A stretch of DNA of 64,000 nucleotides from positions 90,840-154,839 of the forward strand of contig JADLAV010000031.1 of NCBI GenBank assembly GCA_020848075.1. Direction: 5' to 3'. Shown here one piece after another: positions 1 through 9,749 of this stretch (its first letter is position 1; every line of letters begins with the position of its first letter). The stretch comes from Burkholderiales bacterium. GTDB lineage: Bacteria > Pseudomonadota > Gammaproteobacteria > Burkholderiales > SG8-39. Position numbers and translations under genes: made by a program. The notes under the pieces are model-generated. The model was not told the origin of the DNA, did no database searches, and saw only the letters and a program-made list of their open reading frames with translations.

Positions 1-1482
1 CCCTCGTTCGCCCCGCTCTACCTCACCGACGAGATGCGCGCCCTCGAGGCGCGCGCCGCTGCCGACCGCCCCCGGCCCTCGCTGATGGAGCGCGCCGGCG
101 TCGCCGCGGCGGAGCGTGCCCGATCGCTCGCCGATGAAGGTCGCAACGTCCTCGTGCTCGCCGGCCCCGGCAACAACGGCGGGGACGCCTTCGAGACGGC
201 CGTGCACCTCAAGCAATGGTTCTACCGCGTCGACGTGCTTTTCGCGGGCGACGCCGCACGCCTGCCGGCCGACGCGAAGGCGGCGCTCGCGAAGTGGACC
301 GCCGCCGACGGGCGCCTCCTGAAATCCATCCCGGCCGACACGCGGTACGACCTCGTGGTCGACGGGCTCTTCGGCATCGGGCTCGCTCGCGCGGTCGGCG
401 GGCGCCATGCGGAGATCATCGCCCAGGCGAACACGCTGCCCGGGCGCAAGCTCGCGCTCGACACCGCGAGCGGCATCAACGCCGACACCGGCGCGGTGAT
501 GGGTACGGCGCTCCGCGCGACCCACACCATCACGTTCATCGCGCGCAAGCCGGGGCTCTTCACTCTGGACGGTCCCGATCATTGCGGGGAAGTGATCGTC
601 GCGCCGCTCGGCCTCGACGCGGAGGCGCTCGCTGCGCCGCGAGGCCGGCTCATCGACGTGTCGCTGCTCGGCGCCCCGCTCGTCACGCGCCGGCGCAACT
701 TCCACAAGGGGCTCGCCGGGAGTGTCGGCGTGGTGGGCGGCGCCGGCGGGATGGTCGGCGCCGCGCTGCTCGCCGGTCGCGCCGCGCTCCGCCTCGGGGC
801 CGGCAAGGTTTTCGTCGGCCTGCTCGCGGCGCAGCCACCGCAGGTCGACCCCGAACAGCTCGAGCTGATGCTGCGCGATCCGCAAGCGCTCGTCGGCGAG
901 GTGGCGTTGACCGCGGTCGCGATCGGACCGGGCATGGGCGACGACCCCGCTGCGCAGCGCCTGCTCGCGCATGCGCTGCGCATGGACGTGCCGCTCGTCG
1001 CCGATGCCGATGCGCTCAATCTGATCGCTGCATACTCGGTCCTCCGCACCGCACTCGCCGCGCGCAAGAGCGCGACTGTCATCACGCCGCATCCGGCCGA
1101 GGCCGGGCGTCTGCTCGGCGCTTCGAGTGCGGCGGTGCAGGCCGATCGCGTCGCGGCCGCGCGGGGCCTCGCCGACCGGCTGAAGAGCTGGGTCGCGCTG
1201 AAGGGCAACGGCACGGTGCTCGCCGCGCCCGACGGGCGCTGGTGGATCAGCACGTCGGGAAATCCGGGAATGGCGAGCGCCGGGATGGGAGACGTGCTCA
1301 CCGGAATGATCGCGAGCCTGCTCGCACAGGGGCTCGAGCCCGAGCGTGCGCTGATCGCCGGCGTGTACCTGCACGGTGCCGCCGCCGACGCGGCAGCGGC
1401 GCAAGGCGCCGGCCCGATCGGCCTCACAGCAGGCGAGATCATCGACGCCGCCCGCATGCTCCTCAACCGCGCCGGCGGCTAG
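1..1482 (+). CDS. nnr: Bifunctional NAD(P)H-hydrate repair enzyme (YjeF-type epimerase + ADP-dependent dehydratase); the 5' end probably lies outside the window
   Basis: ORF 34..1482 (482 aa), with the frame open back to base 1 (PSFAPLYLTDE precedes the Met). YjeF_N motif LAGPGNNGGDAF; C-terminal kinase-like half with GNPGMASAGMGDVLTG. Confidence 0.88.
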   Translation, partial: PSFAPLYLTDEMRALEARAAADRPRPSLMERAGVAAAERARSLADEGRNVLVLAGPGNNGGDAFETAVHLKQWFYRVDVLFAGDAARLPADAKAALAKWTAADGRLLKSIPADTRYDLVVDGLFGIGLARAVGGRHAEIIAQANTLPGRKLALDTASGINADTGAVMGTALRATHTITFIARKPGLFTLDGPDHCGEVIVAPLGLDAEALAAPRGRLIDVSLLGAPLVTRRRNFHKGLAGSVGVVGGAGGMVGAALLAGRAALRLGAGKVFVGLLAAQPPQVDPEQLELMLRDPQALVGEVALTAVAIGPGMGDDPAAQRLLAHALRMDVPLVADADALNLIAAYSVLRTALAARKSATVITPHPAEAGRLLGASSAAVQADRVAAARGLADRLKSWVALKGNGTVLAAPDGRWWISTSGNPGMASAGMGDVLTGMIASLLAQGLEPERALIAGVYLHGAAADAAAAQGAGPIGLTAGEIIDAARMLLNRAGG

Positions 1483-1484
1483 GG

Positions 1485-1520
1485 CTCCCGGTTCTCCCGA
1501 TTCTCCCGGTTCTCCCGCTT
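1485..1520 (+). repeat. Four tandem copies of a 9-bp unit CTCCCGNTT, plus a degenerate fifth copy to 1529
   Basis: Read directly: ctcccggtt ctcccgatt ctcccggtt ctcccgctt (cgtcccctc). It lies in the nnr/ABC intergenic region, 31 nt before the ATG at 1552. Confidence 0.9.
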
Positions 1521-1551
1521 CGTCCCCTCTCACCTTCCCAGGGAAGCGTGC

Positions 1552-3294
1552 ATGCTGAATATGCGCCTGCTCATTCATGCCGGGACGTTTCTCGGCCGGG
1601 TCTGGAAGCTCGCCAAGCCGTACTGGCTCTCCGAGGAGCGCTGGCGTGCGCGGGGGCTGCTCGCGGCGATCCTCGCACTCTCGTTCGGGCTCGTGTACCT
1701 CCTCGTGGTGTTCAACGAGTGGAACCGCAACTTCTACAACGCGCTCGGGCAGAAGAACGCCCAGGACGCGCTCGACCTGCTGCTCTACTTCAGTTTTCTC
1801 GCTGCGCTCTTCATCGCCGCGTCGATCTACCGGCTCTACCTCCGCCAGATGCTCGAGATGCGCTGGCGGGTCTGGCTCACCCGGCAGTACCTCGGCGACT
1901 GGCTCGCGGATCAGACGTACTACCTGCTCGAGCTCCAGAGCCACGGCACCGACAACCCGGACCAGCGCATCGCCGAAGACCTGCGCCTCTTCACCAACGG
2001 CACGCTGACGCTCTCGCTCGGGCTCGTCACCGAAGGCGTGACGCTCGTCTCCTTCATCGTCATCCTCTGGGAAGTCTCCGGCCCCCTCAGCTTCGCGGCC
2101 GCCGGCACGCACATCACGATCCCGGGCTACATGCTCTGGGCGGCACTCGCCTACGCGGTGCTCGGCAGCGTGCTGACCCACTACGTCGGGCGCCGGCTCA
2201 TCGGCATCAACTTCCATCGGGAGCGGCTCGAGGCCGACTTCCGCTTTGCGCTGGTACGGCTGCGCGAGAACGCCGAAGGCGTGGCGCTCTATCGCGGCGA
2301 GGCGCCGGAGGCGACCGGGCTGCTCGAGCGCTTCGAGCGCATTCGCGCGAACTGGTGGGAGCTCATCCGCTACACGAAGCGGCTCACCGCGTTCACGGTC
2401 GGGTACAACCAGGCCGCCGTGGTGTTCCCGTTCATCGTCGCCTCGCCGCGCTACTTCTCCGGCGCGATCTCCCTCGGGCAGCTCATGCAGATCGCCACCG
2501 CGTTCGGGCAGGTCCAGAGCTCGCTCTCCTGGTTCGTCAACAGCTACTCGGATCTCGCGAGCTGGAAAGCGAGCGTGGACCGCCTCCTCGCGTTCAATCA
2601 CGCCCTGGAGCAGGCGAAGCTCGCCGGCGAGCGGTCGGGCGGTGTGCGCGTCGTCGAGGGGCCCGCGCGGGAGATCGCGGCCGAGAACCTGGAACTCGCG
2701 CTGCCGGCCGGCCGCACGATCGTGAGGGGCGGGACGTTCACGCTCCGCCCGGGCGAGCGGGTGCTCGTCACCGGCCCCTCCGGCGCGGGCAAGAGCACGC
2801 TCTTTCGCGCGCTCGCCGGCATCTGGCCGTTCGGCAAGGGGCGCGTGCGCATTCCGCGCGGCGCGCACGTGCTGTTCCTGCCGCAGAAGCCATACCTGCC
2901 GATCGGGACGCTGCGCGGCGCCGTTAGCTATCCGGCCGAAGCGGGCGCCTTCGCCGATGCGGCGGTACGCGATGCGTTGCTCGCCTGCCGGCTCGGCGCA
3001 TTCGTGGATCGGTTGGGCGAGGCCGACAACTGGTCGCTCGCCATGAGCGTCGGCGAGCAGCAGCGTCTCGCCGTGGCGCGCGCCCTGCTACAAGCGCCGG
3101 AGTGGCTGTTCCTCGACGAGTCGACCTCCGCCCTCGACGAGGACACGGAGCGCGCGCTCTACGAGTTGCTGCGAACGCGGCTCGCCGCGTCCACGATCGT
3201 GAGCATCGCGCACCGGCCGAGCGTCGCCGCGCATCACACGCGGCGCCTCGCACTCGTGCCGCACGGCGCCGCCATGCAGCTCGTCGCGGCCTGA
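1552..3294 (+). CDS. Fused ABC transporter permease/ATPase of the SbmA/BacA (YddA-like) type
   Basis: 580 aa. N-terminal multi-TM half; C-terminal Walker A GPSGAGKST, ABC signature SVGEQQR and Walker B WLFLDEST. Confidence 0.85.
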   Translation: MLNMRLLIHAGTFLGRVWKLAKPYWLSEERWRARGLLAAILALSFGLVYLLVVFNEWNRNFYNALGQKNAQDALDLLLYFSFLAALFIAASIYRLYLRQMLEMRWRVWLTRQYLGDWLADQTYYLLELQSHGTDNPDQRIAEDLRLFTNGTLTLSLGLVTEGVTLVSFIVILWEVSGPLSFAAAGTHITIPGYMLWAALAYAVLGSVLTHYVGRRLIGINFHRERLEADFRFALVRLRENAEGVALYRGEAPEATGLLERFERIRANWWELIRYTKRLTAFTVGYNQAAVVFPFIVASPRYFSGAISLGQLMQIATAFGQVQSSLSWFVNSYSDLASWKASVDRLLAFNHALEQAKLAGERSGGVRVVEGPAREIAAENLELALPAGRTIVRGGTFTLRPGERVLVTGPSGAGKSTLFRALAGIWPFGKGRVRIPRGAHVLFLPQKPYLPIGTLRGAVSYPAEAGAFADAAVRDALLACRLGAFVDRLGEADNWSLAMSVGEQQRLAVARALLQAPEWLFLDESTSALDEDTERALYELLRTRLAASTIVSIAHRPSVAAHHTRRLALVPHGAAMQLVAA

Positions 3295-3306
3295 CGCTCG
3301 CAGGGG

Positions 3307-3777
3307 TCATGGCGCGAGGCCGCGCACGAGCGCGAGCACCTCGGCGGCGTGCCCGCGCGGGCTCACCCCGTAGAGGGCGTGGCGCACCATCCCCTTCTTG
3401 TCGATCACGAACGTGGAGCGCTGGACGCTGCTCCTGCGCTGCCCGCCCGCCTCCGGCTCCCGCCACACGCCGTACTTGCGGCACACCTCGCCCTCGGCAT
3501 CCGCAAGCAGCATCACCGACAGGCCGTGCTCATCGCGAAACTGCGCATGGGTGATGCAGTCGTCGCACGAGACGCCGACCACGACGCAGTCGTGCTCGGC
3601 GAACTGCCCCTCGTGATCGCTGAACTCGATCGCCTGCAGCGTGCAGCCGGGCGTCCCGTCCCTCGCGTAGAAGTAGAGCACGACGTTCTTGCGGCCCTTG
3701 AACTTCGCGAGGCTGACCGTCTCCATGTCGGCGTCCGGCAAGGAGAAGTGCGGCGCGATCTGTCCGGGTTGCAGCAT
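3307..3777 (-). CDS. bcp: Thiol peroxidase / peroxiredoxin Bcp
   Basis: 156 aa. Peroxidatic-Cys context YFYARDGTPGCT, with Bcp-like length and layout. Confidence 0.9.
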   Translation of the reverse strand: MLQPGQIAPHFSLPDADMETVSLAKFKGRKNVVLYFYARDGTPGCTLQAIEFSDHEGQFAEHDCVVVGVSCDDCITHAQFRDEHGLSVMLLADAEGEVCRKYGVWREPEAGGQRRSSVQRSTFVIDKKGMVRHALYGVSPRGHAAEVLALVRGLAP

Positions 3778-3913
3778 GCGGCGGCGGGCGGGCTCGAGGT
3801 CGCGGCGATTCTAAACCAGTTTCGCGGCGCGCAAGGCGGCGGCCCGGGACCCCTCGCGCATCGAAAAGCATCGGCGGAAGCCGACCAGACGCTGGCGCGG
3901 GCGCGCGCGCCGC

Positions 3914-3953
3914 ACCGGACCGGACCGGACCGAACCGAACCGAACCGAACCGA
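3914..3953 (+). repeat. Pentanucleotide microsatellite (ACCGG)3(ACCGA)5
   Basis: Eight uninterrupted 5-bp units read directly, in the divergent bcp/roxA intergenic region. Confidence 0.95.
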
Positions 3954-3961
3954 GCGATCAA

Positions 3962-3967
3962 TATAAT
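3962..3967 (+). promoter_or_regulatory. Perfect -10 hexamer TATAAT, 6 nt upstream of the roxA ATG (possible leaderless transcript)
   Basis: The sequence is tataat cgcgcg ATG. There is no Shine-Dalgarno sequence between the hexamer and the ATG at 3974, and no good -35 is visible because the microsatellite occupies that position. Confidence 0.3.
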
Positions 3968-3973
3968 CGCGCG

Positions 3974-5140
3974 ATGCGGTCCACCTTGCTCGGCGGCCTT
4001 GCGCCGGCGGCATTCCTTTCGCGCTACTGGCAGCGGCGCCCGCTGCTGGTGCGGGGTGCGGTTCCGGGCTTCCGGGATCTGGTGAGCGTGACGGAGCTCT
4101 TCCGCATCGCGTCATCCCCGGACGCGGAGTCGCGCGTCGTGCGGCGAGATGGCCGCAGATGGCAGCTCGCCCAGGGGCCGTTCGCCACCGCCGAGCTTCG
4201 CTGCATGCCCGGCAGGCGCTGGACGCTGCTCGTCCAGGGCGTGAATCACTTCGCGCCGCGAGTCGACCGCCTCATGCGGCGGTTTGCGTTCCTCCCGTAC
4301 GCGCGGCTGGACGACGTCATGGTGAGCTACGCCGCCCCGGGCGGCGGCGTGGGGCCGCACGTGGACTCGTACGACGTTTTTCTCGTCCAGGGGCTCGGCC
4401 GGCGCCGATGGCGATTCGCGCCACCGGGCAGGCATCGGCTTGATCCGCGCGCGCCACTCGAGATCATCGCCGACTTCACACCGGCGACCGAATGGATCGC
4501 CGGGCCGGGCGATCTCATCTATCTGCCGCCGGGGTGGGTGCACGAGGGTGCCGCGCTCGAGCCCTGCCTCACCTACTCGATCGGCTTTCGCGCGCCTTCC
4601 GCGCAGGAGCTCGCGGTGGCCTATCTCCAGTTCCTCGAGGACCACATCGAGCGGGCCGGCCGGTACCGGGATCCGGGGCTCGCGCCCCAGCGCTCGCCCG
4701 CCCGGCTCGGCGACGATCTGATCGCGCGTGCGGTTCGCCTGCTGAAGGGATTGCCGGGAACGCGTGCCGTGCAGACGCGCTTTCTCGGACGCTACCTCAG
4801 CGAGCCGAAGCCGCACGTGACCTTTCGCAAACCGGCGCGCGCGCTCGGCGCGCGCGCATTCGCCCGTGCCATCGCGCGCCGCGGCGTGCGGCTCGCGCCG
4901 GCGACGATCGTGCTCTATCGCGGTCGCACCTTGTACGTTAACGGCGAGGAGGCGCCGATCGGCGCCGCCGGGAGCGCGCTTCGGCGCCTGGCGAACCGGC
5001 GCGTGCTCGCACCGCCCGTGCGCATCCCGCCGAAAACCGTCGCCCTCCTGCGTGCATGGTACCTTTCCGGATATCTGCTCGTGGGCGTCCGGGCGCGCGA
5101 GCGCGACGGTCTGGACATCGACGGAGGATCGGATGGATGA
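3974..5140 (+). CDS. roxA: JmjC/cupin-4 ribosomal protein oxygenase (YcfD/RoxA-like, L16 arginine hydroxylase family)
   Basis: 388 aa. N-terminus LLGGLAPAAFLSRYWQRRPLLVRGAVPGF resembles YcfD. Fe(II) ligands HVDSYD (HxD) and a later WVHEG. Confidence 0.75.
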   Translation: MRSTLLGGLAPAAFLSRYWQRRPLLVRGAVPGFRDLVSVTELFRIASSPDAESRVVRRDGRRWQLAQGPFATAELRCMPGRRWTLLVQGVNHFAPRVDRLMRRFAFLPYARLDDVMVSYAAPGGGVGPHVDSYDVFLVQGLGRRRWRFAPPGRHRLDPRAPLEIIADFTPATEWIAGPGDLIYLPPGWVHEGAALEPCLTYSIGFRAPSAQELAVAYLQFLEDHIERAGRYRDPGLAPQRSPARLGDDLIARAVRLLKGLPGTRAVQTRFLGRYLSEPKPHVTFRKPARALGARAFARAIARRGVRLAPATIVLYRGRTLYVNGEEAPIGAAGSALRRLANRRVLAPPVRIPPKTVALLRAWYLSGYLLVGVRARERDGLDIDGGSDG

Positions 5141-5642
5141 TCATCTCGCCAAGCTTATTCCGCAGCCGGAGCGCCGCGTCATCACGACGCGCGGCGAGTA
5201 CCTCGCGGCGTTCGATGCGCTCCTCGCCGCCGCGCGCAAGGAACTGCGCATCTTCGATCCCAATCTGTCGCAGCTCGATCTGAACGGGCCCGCGCGCGCC
5301 GAGCGCCTGCGCCAGTTCATGCTGGCGAGCCGCGAGAACCGGCTGTTCGTCGCCCTGCACGACATCGACTATGTGACGCGCGCCGCGCCGCGCTTCATGA
5401 ATCTGCTCGCGCAGTTCAGCGCCGGCATCTCGGTGCACCGCACCGAGGGCGACGCCGCGAGGGCGCAAGACTGCTTCGTGCTTGCCGACGCCGAGAATCT
5501 GGTGCGCCGTCCGGTCGCCGCACAGCCGCGCGGAGTCGTGGTCGCCAACGACCAGAAGGAGTGCCAGTCGATCCGCGAGCGGTTCGACGAGATCTGGCAG
5601 AGCTCGGTGCCGGCGGTCTCGGCCACCAAGCTCGGGCTGTAA
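5133..5642 (+). CDS. Hypothetical protein (169 aa), overlapping the roxA stop by 8 nt
   Basis: Internal Met of track ORF 4866..5642. The ATG at 5133 lies inside ggATGGATGA, and the roxA TGA is at 5138-5140. I recognise no motif (no HKD). Confidence 0.55.
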   Translation: MDDHLAKLIPQPERRVITTRGEYLAAFDALLAAARKELRIFDPNLSQLDLNGPARAERLRQFMLASRENRLFVALHDIDYVTRAAPRFMNLLAQFSAGISVHRTEGDAARAQDCFVLADAENLVRRPVAAQPRGVVVANDQKECQSIRERFDEIWQSSVPAVSATKLGL

Positions 5643-5810
5643 GCCTCCGGTCAGCCTGTCGCGCCGCGCGTCCGATAGGATGCGTGGTGGAGCTGTCGGC
5701 GATCGCGCCGGCCGATCTACGACGCGTTCTGCCAATCCCTCCAGGCAGTGCGTTCTGTGCACGACTTCGATCTCCCTACTCTCCCCCATACTCAGAGGAA
5801 AGCCATCGGT

Positions 5811-6191
5811 ATGAAGCACACCGCACTTGCTGCCGCCTTGCTCACCTTCGCCCTCGCCGGTTGCGGCAGGGACGAACCCAAGCCCGTCCAGGCGCCCGCG
5901 GCGCCCGCGGCGGCCACTGCGCCGGCCCCGGCGCCCCAGGCCGAGACGGCGAAGCCTGCAGAGGCGAAGGCCGAGGCGGCGAAACCCGAAGAAGCGAAGG
6001 CCGAAGCGCCGAAGACCGAGGCCGCCCAACCGGCTGCGGCGACCGGTGACGCAGCGAAGACTGCGGAGGAAAAGGCCAAGGAAGTGGCAGTCGGCGCGGC
6101 CAAGGGCGCTGCCGAGGGCGCCAAGGAAGGCGCCGCGCAAGGCGCGGCGACCGGCGCCGCGGCGGGCGCGCAAGAAGCGCTGAAGAAGTAG
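5811..6191 (+). CDS. Small Ala/Lys/Glu/Pro-rich lipoprotein
   Basis: Met 22 of ORF 5748..6191, preceded by agaggaaag. Signal peptide plus lipobox MKHTALAAALLTFALAGC; low-complexity AEAKAEAAKPEEAKAEAPK body. Confidence 0.7.
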   Translation: MKHTALAAALLTFALAGCGRDEPKPVQAPAAPAAATAPAPAPQAETAKPAEAKAEAAKPEEAKAEAPKTEAAQPAAATGDAAKTAEEKAKEVAVGAAKGAAEGAKEGAAQGAATGAAAGAQEALKK

Positions 6192-6211
6192 CGGACCGCG
6201 CCTCCGCGCAG

Positions 6212-6241
6212 AGGGGCCGGCCTGCGGACCGGCCCCTTTTT
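6212..6241 (+). terminator. Rho-independent terminator of the lipoprotein gene
   Basis: 9-bp perfect stem aggggccgg / ccggcccct, an 8-nt loop, then TTTTT, 21 nt after the stop codon. Confidence 0.8.
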
Positions 6242-6279
6242 CATGGTTCAGCGCCGCCGCCTTCGCGGCGGCTGCGCGC

Positions 6280-7047
6280 TCAGCGGAGCGCGCGCCAGCC
6301 GAAGCCGTCGTCCTGGTCGGCGACGCCGATCCAGTCCAGGGCGCAGCCGAGCGCGCCCGCGAGTGCGGCGCGCGCGAGCTCGGGCGTGTTGTTCTGTCGC
6401 GAGAGATGCGCGGCAACGACGTGCCTCAAGCGCCGGTGATCGAGCGCCGCGAGCAGCTCCGCGGTCGCATCGTTCGCAAGGTGTCCATAGGGCCCTCGGA
6501 TCCGCTCCTTCAGTCGCGCGGGATACGGTCCGCGCTCGAGCATCCCGGCGTCGTGATTGCACTCGAGGACGAGCGCTTCGCACCCCGAGAGCATCGCCTC
6601 GATGTGCGGGGTCGCCGTCCCCGCGTCAGTCAGCACGCCCAGGCGCACGTCGCCGTCGGAGAACACGAACTGCACCGGCTCGCGTGCATCGTGGGGTACC
6701 GGGAACGGGTGCACCTCCACGCCGGCCACGGCGAAGGGGCCGTGACTGTCGACGATGTTCACGCCGGGATCCGGCGACGCCTCCGGCGCGATGGCCCGCC
6801 AAGTGCCGTGCGTCATCCAGACTCGAAGCCGGTGCCGTTGCGCGAATGCAAGCGCGCCGCTCGCGTGATCGCCGTGCTCGTGGGTGACGACGACGCCTTC
6901 GAGATCCGCGGGCGCCAGGCCGAGCCGCGCCAAGCGCCGCTCCACTTCGCGCAGGCCGAGGCCGCAGTCGAGCATGAGCCGGGAGCCGTCTGCCTCGACG
7001 ACGAGCGCGTTGCCGTCGCTGCCGCTCCCGAGCGAGGCGAAGCGCAA
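6280..7047 (-). CDS. MBL-fold metallo-hydrolase
   Basis: 255 aa. Metallo-beta-lactamase motif VVTHEHGDHASG. Confidence 0.85.
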   Translation of the reverse strand: MRFASLGSGSDGNALVVEADGSRLMLDCGLGLREVERRLARLGLAPADLEGVVVTHEHGDHASGALAFAQRHRLRVWMTHGTWRAIAPEASPDPGVNIVDSHGPFAVAGVEVHPFPVPHDAREPVQFVFSDGDVRLGVLTDAGTATPHIEAMLSGCEALVLECNHDAGMLERGPYPARLKERIRGPYGHLANDATAELLAALDHRRLRHVVAAHLSRQNNTPELARAALAGALGCALDWIGVADQDDGFGWRALR

Positions 7048-7077
7048 TTCGATCGGTCCGGCGCGGCCGGCGCTCGC

Positions 7078-8229
7078 CTACTTGAGCTGGTTGTAGAGCA
7101 GGGAGAGGATCCTGCGCGACGCATCGGACGTGTCCGGGGCGCCGTCCTTGGCGAGCACGTGCACCTGGCTCGTGTCCTTCGCGTCGGTGATGAGGACCTG
7201 GTACTGGGGCAGCTTGCTCAAGTCCACCTTCGGCGCGCTGCGCCAGAACGCGAGCTTCGACAGGAAGCCCTCGCTCTTCGTTCCGCTGTCGGTGGCGGGA
7301 TCGATGTAGCGGACGTAGTAGAGACCCTTGGAGCGATCGCGGTCCTCGACCGTGAACCCGCTGCGGTCGAGCGCAACGCCCACGCGGCGCCAGGCACGGT
7401 CGAAGGGCTCCTCGAGCTCGAGGGCGCTCGCGCCCGCGCTCGTCTTGACCATCTTCGCCCGCTCGGCGGCCGTCCCCGCCCCCGCCGACGCCATCACCGC
7501 CTTGGCCCGCTCCTGCTCGATGCCGAGACGCACCATGAGTCGGCTCAGGAACTCGGCCTCGAGCTCGGGATCCGGCGGTCGCGGCATCCACTTCGAGCTG
7601 TCCACCTCCTTGGTGACCCCCGAGCCGGTCAGCTCTTCGACCATTCCGCGGTGGGTGATGTAGATCTCGACCGTACCGGGCTCGGCGCCCCGCTCCAACC
7701 GGGTGCGGAACTTGTCGCGCTCGGCAGTCGAATACATCCCGTCGATCACCTTGCCGAGGGTGCGCCGGATGATGTCGTCCGGGATCTTGGCCCGGTTCTC
7801 CGCCCAGTCGGTCTCCATGACCCCGGCTTCGGGCATCTCGATCTTGATCAGAAAGCCGTTCTCCTGCCAGAACTCCTTGATGACCGGCCAGAGCCTCTCT
7901 GGATCGCCCTTGACGAGCAGCCAGCGCTCGCTTCCGGCGCGTTGCAAACGGACATCCGTCGAGACCGGCAGCACGTCCGACGGCCGGGTCGTCTGTCCCG
8001 ACCGCTCGAGGTTGTACTGCGAGTAGGTGGTAGAGCTGCTCGGGCTGACGTCCGGGACTGCGTAGCGCTCGTCGCGCCCGGGGCGCGTCAAATCCGGCGG
8101 CACCTCGAGCGAGGGAAGTTTGCCGGCGGATTTGTACTCGACCTTCTTGTTGTCGAACAAGCTGTCCCAGCTGGAGCATCCCGCGAGCAGCGCCGGAACG
8201 ATCGCCGCCACCATCATGATGCGCTTCAT
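7078..8229 (-). CDS. bamC: Outer membrane protein assembly factor BamC (NlpB)
   Basis: 383 aa. Lipobox ALLAGCSS. It lies immediately downstream of dapA and overlaps it by 4 nt, which is the canonical dapA-bamC arrangement. Confidence 0.85.
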   Translation of the reverse strand: MKRIMMVAAIVPALLAGCSSWDSLFDNKKVEYKSAGKLPSLEVPPDLTRPGRDERYAVPDVSPSSSTTYSQYNLERSGQTTRPSDVLPVSTDVRLQRAGSERWLLVKGDPERLWPVIKEFWQENGFLIKIEMPEAGVMETDWAENRAKIPDDIIRRTLGKVIDGMYSTAERDKFRTRLERGAEPGTVEIYITHRGMVEELTGSGVTKEVDSSKWMPRPPDPELEAEFLSRLMVRLGIEQERAKAVMASAGAGTAAERAKMVKTSAGASALELEEPFDRAWRRVGVALDRSGFTVEDRDRSKGLYYVRYIDPATDSGTKSEGFLSKLAFWRSAPKVDLSKLPQYQVLITDAKDTSQVHVLAKDGAPDTSDASRRILSLLYNQLK

Positions 8230-9143
8230 CCGGCTCTTCCCTCCACGACCCGCAGGCCGGCTGTCGCGACGGCGATGCCGGCTTCTCGCAATGCTTCCCT
8301 GACCGCCTCATGGTGCTGCGCCGCGAGCGGCGTGAGCGGCAGGCGGATGCCGCCCTCGATCATGCCCATCTCGCGCAACGCCCATTTCACCGGGATCGGA
8401 TTCGCCTCGAGGAACAGGCGCTTGTGCAGGGCGAGCAGGCGCAGGTTGCGGTCGCGCGCGCGCACGACATCGCCGGCGAGCGCCGCGGCGCACATCTCGT
8501 GCATCAGGCGCGGCGCGACGTTCGCCGTCACGGAGATGACACCCTGCCCGCCGAGGAGAATCAGCGCGAGCCCCGTCGCGTCCTCGCCGCTGTACACGGC
8601 AAACCCCGGCGGCGCGCGCTTGACGAGGTCGGTGCCGCGCTCGATGTTCGCGGTGGCGTCCTTGATGCCGATGACGTTCGGGATCTCGGCGAGCCGCAGC
8701 GCGGTGTCGTTCGCGAGATCGGCGACCGTGCGGCCCGGCACGTTGTACAGAATGGTCGGTATGTCCACCGCTTCCGCGATCGCCCGGAAATGGCGATACA
8801 GGCCGTCCTGCGTGGGCTTGTTGTAGTAGGGGACCACCGACAGGCAGGCGGCCGCGCCCGCATGCTTCGCCGATTCGGTGAGCTCGATCGCCTCGGCGGT
8901 CGAGTTGGCTCCGGTTCCCGCGACGATCGGTATCCGGCCGGCAGCGTGGTCGACCGCGATGCGAATGAGCGCCTTGTGCTCGTCGAAGTCGACCGTCGGC
9001 GACTCGCCGGTCGTACCGACGACGACGATGCCATCGGTCCCCTCGCCGATATGCCAGTCGATCAACGCCTGGAAGCGCGGGATGTCGAGGCGACCATCCT
9101 CGCGCATCGGCGTGACGATCGCGACCAGACTGCCGGTAATCAT
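8226..9143 (-). CDS. dapA: 4-hydroxy-tetrahydrodipicolinate synthase
   Basis: 305 aa. N-terminus [10 protein letters not shown]...[16 protein letters not shown] is typical of DapA. Confidence 0.93.
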   Translation of the reverse strand: MITGSLVAIVTPMREDGRLDIPRFQALIDWHIGEGTDGIVVVGTTGESPTVDFDEHKALIRIAVDHAAGRIPIVAGTGANSTAEAIELTESAKHAGAAACLSVVPYYNKPTQDGLYRHFRAIAEAVDIPTILYNVPGRTVADLANDTALRLAEIPNVIGIKDATANIERGTDLVKRAPPGFAVYSGEDATGLALILLGGQGVISVTANVAPRLMHEMCAAALAGDVVRARDRNLRLLALHKRLFLEANPIPVKWALREMGMIEGGIRLPLTPLAAQHHEAVREALREAGIAVATAGLRVVEGRAG

Positions 9144-9206
9144 GTGGCGGACCCTTGATACGAAATAGGAAATTTTACCTCGTTTGCCCCGGCACGGGGA
9201 TGCCGG

Positions 9207-9749
9207 TCAGATCAAGAAAATTGTTACAGGATCCCGGCGCGCGGCGCAAAGACGCTGGATCGCCGCCGGTTTCGGGGCCTGGACCACGCCCTGCTCGAAG
9301 GCGACCACGGTCAGACGTCCGGCAACGGCTTCGGCCAGCTCCCCGGGGCGCAGCAGGAAGTCGGGATTGGCGGGCCGGCCAAAGCACTCGTTGCCCGCCA
9401 TGAACGTCTCGTAGATCAGCATGCCGCCCGGTCGAAGCGCGCCCACCAGATGCGCGAACAACGGCCGATGCAGGTAGTTGGCGACGATCACGGCGTCGAA
9501 CGACTCGGGCGCGAATGGCCAGGGATCGGCCTCCAGGTCCGCGAGCTGCGTAACCACGCCCGCGACCCCCGCGAGACCCGCAAGCGCCTCGGTGTTGCGG
9601 TCGACCGCGGTCACTGCGCACGCGCGGGCGGCGAAATAGCGTGCGTGCCGTCCCGCGCCGCACGCCACATCGAGCACCTGCGCACCGGCGGCCACGAGCG
9701 GGGCCCAGCGCACCACCCACGCCGAGGGCGGCGTCAGTTCGTGGCTCAT
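9207..9749 (-). CDS. Class I SAM-dependent methyltransferase (TehB-like, small)
   Basis: 180 aa. SAM motif I VLDVACGAGRH. Confidence 0.75.
   Translation of the reverse strand: MSHELTPPSAWVVRWAPLVAAGAQVLDVACGAGRHARYFAARACAVTAVDRNTEALAGLAGVAGVVTQLADLEADPWPFAPESFDAVIVANYLHRPLFAHLVGALRPGGMLIYETFMAGNECFGRPANPDFLLRPGELAEAVAGRLTVVAFEQGVVQAPKPAAIQRLCAARRDPVTIFLI

Noticed and set aside
216-2927. 903-aa ORF spanning nnr and the ABC transporter gene in another frame
   Set aside because: The translation is Arg/Ala/Gly/Pro-rich and low in complexity. It overlaps two genes that have clear family motifs. This is the typical open alternative frame of high-GC DNA.
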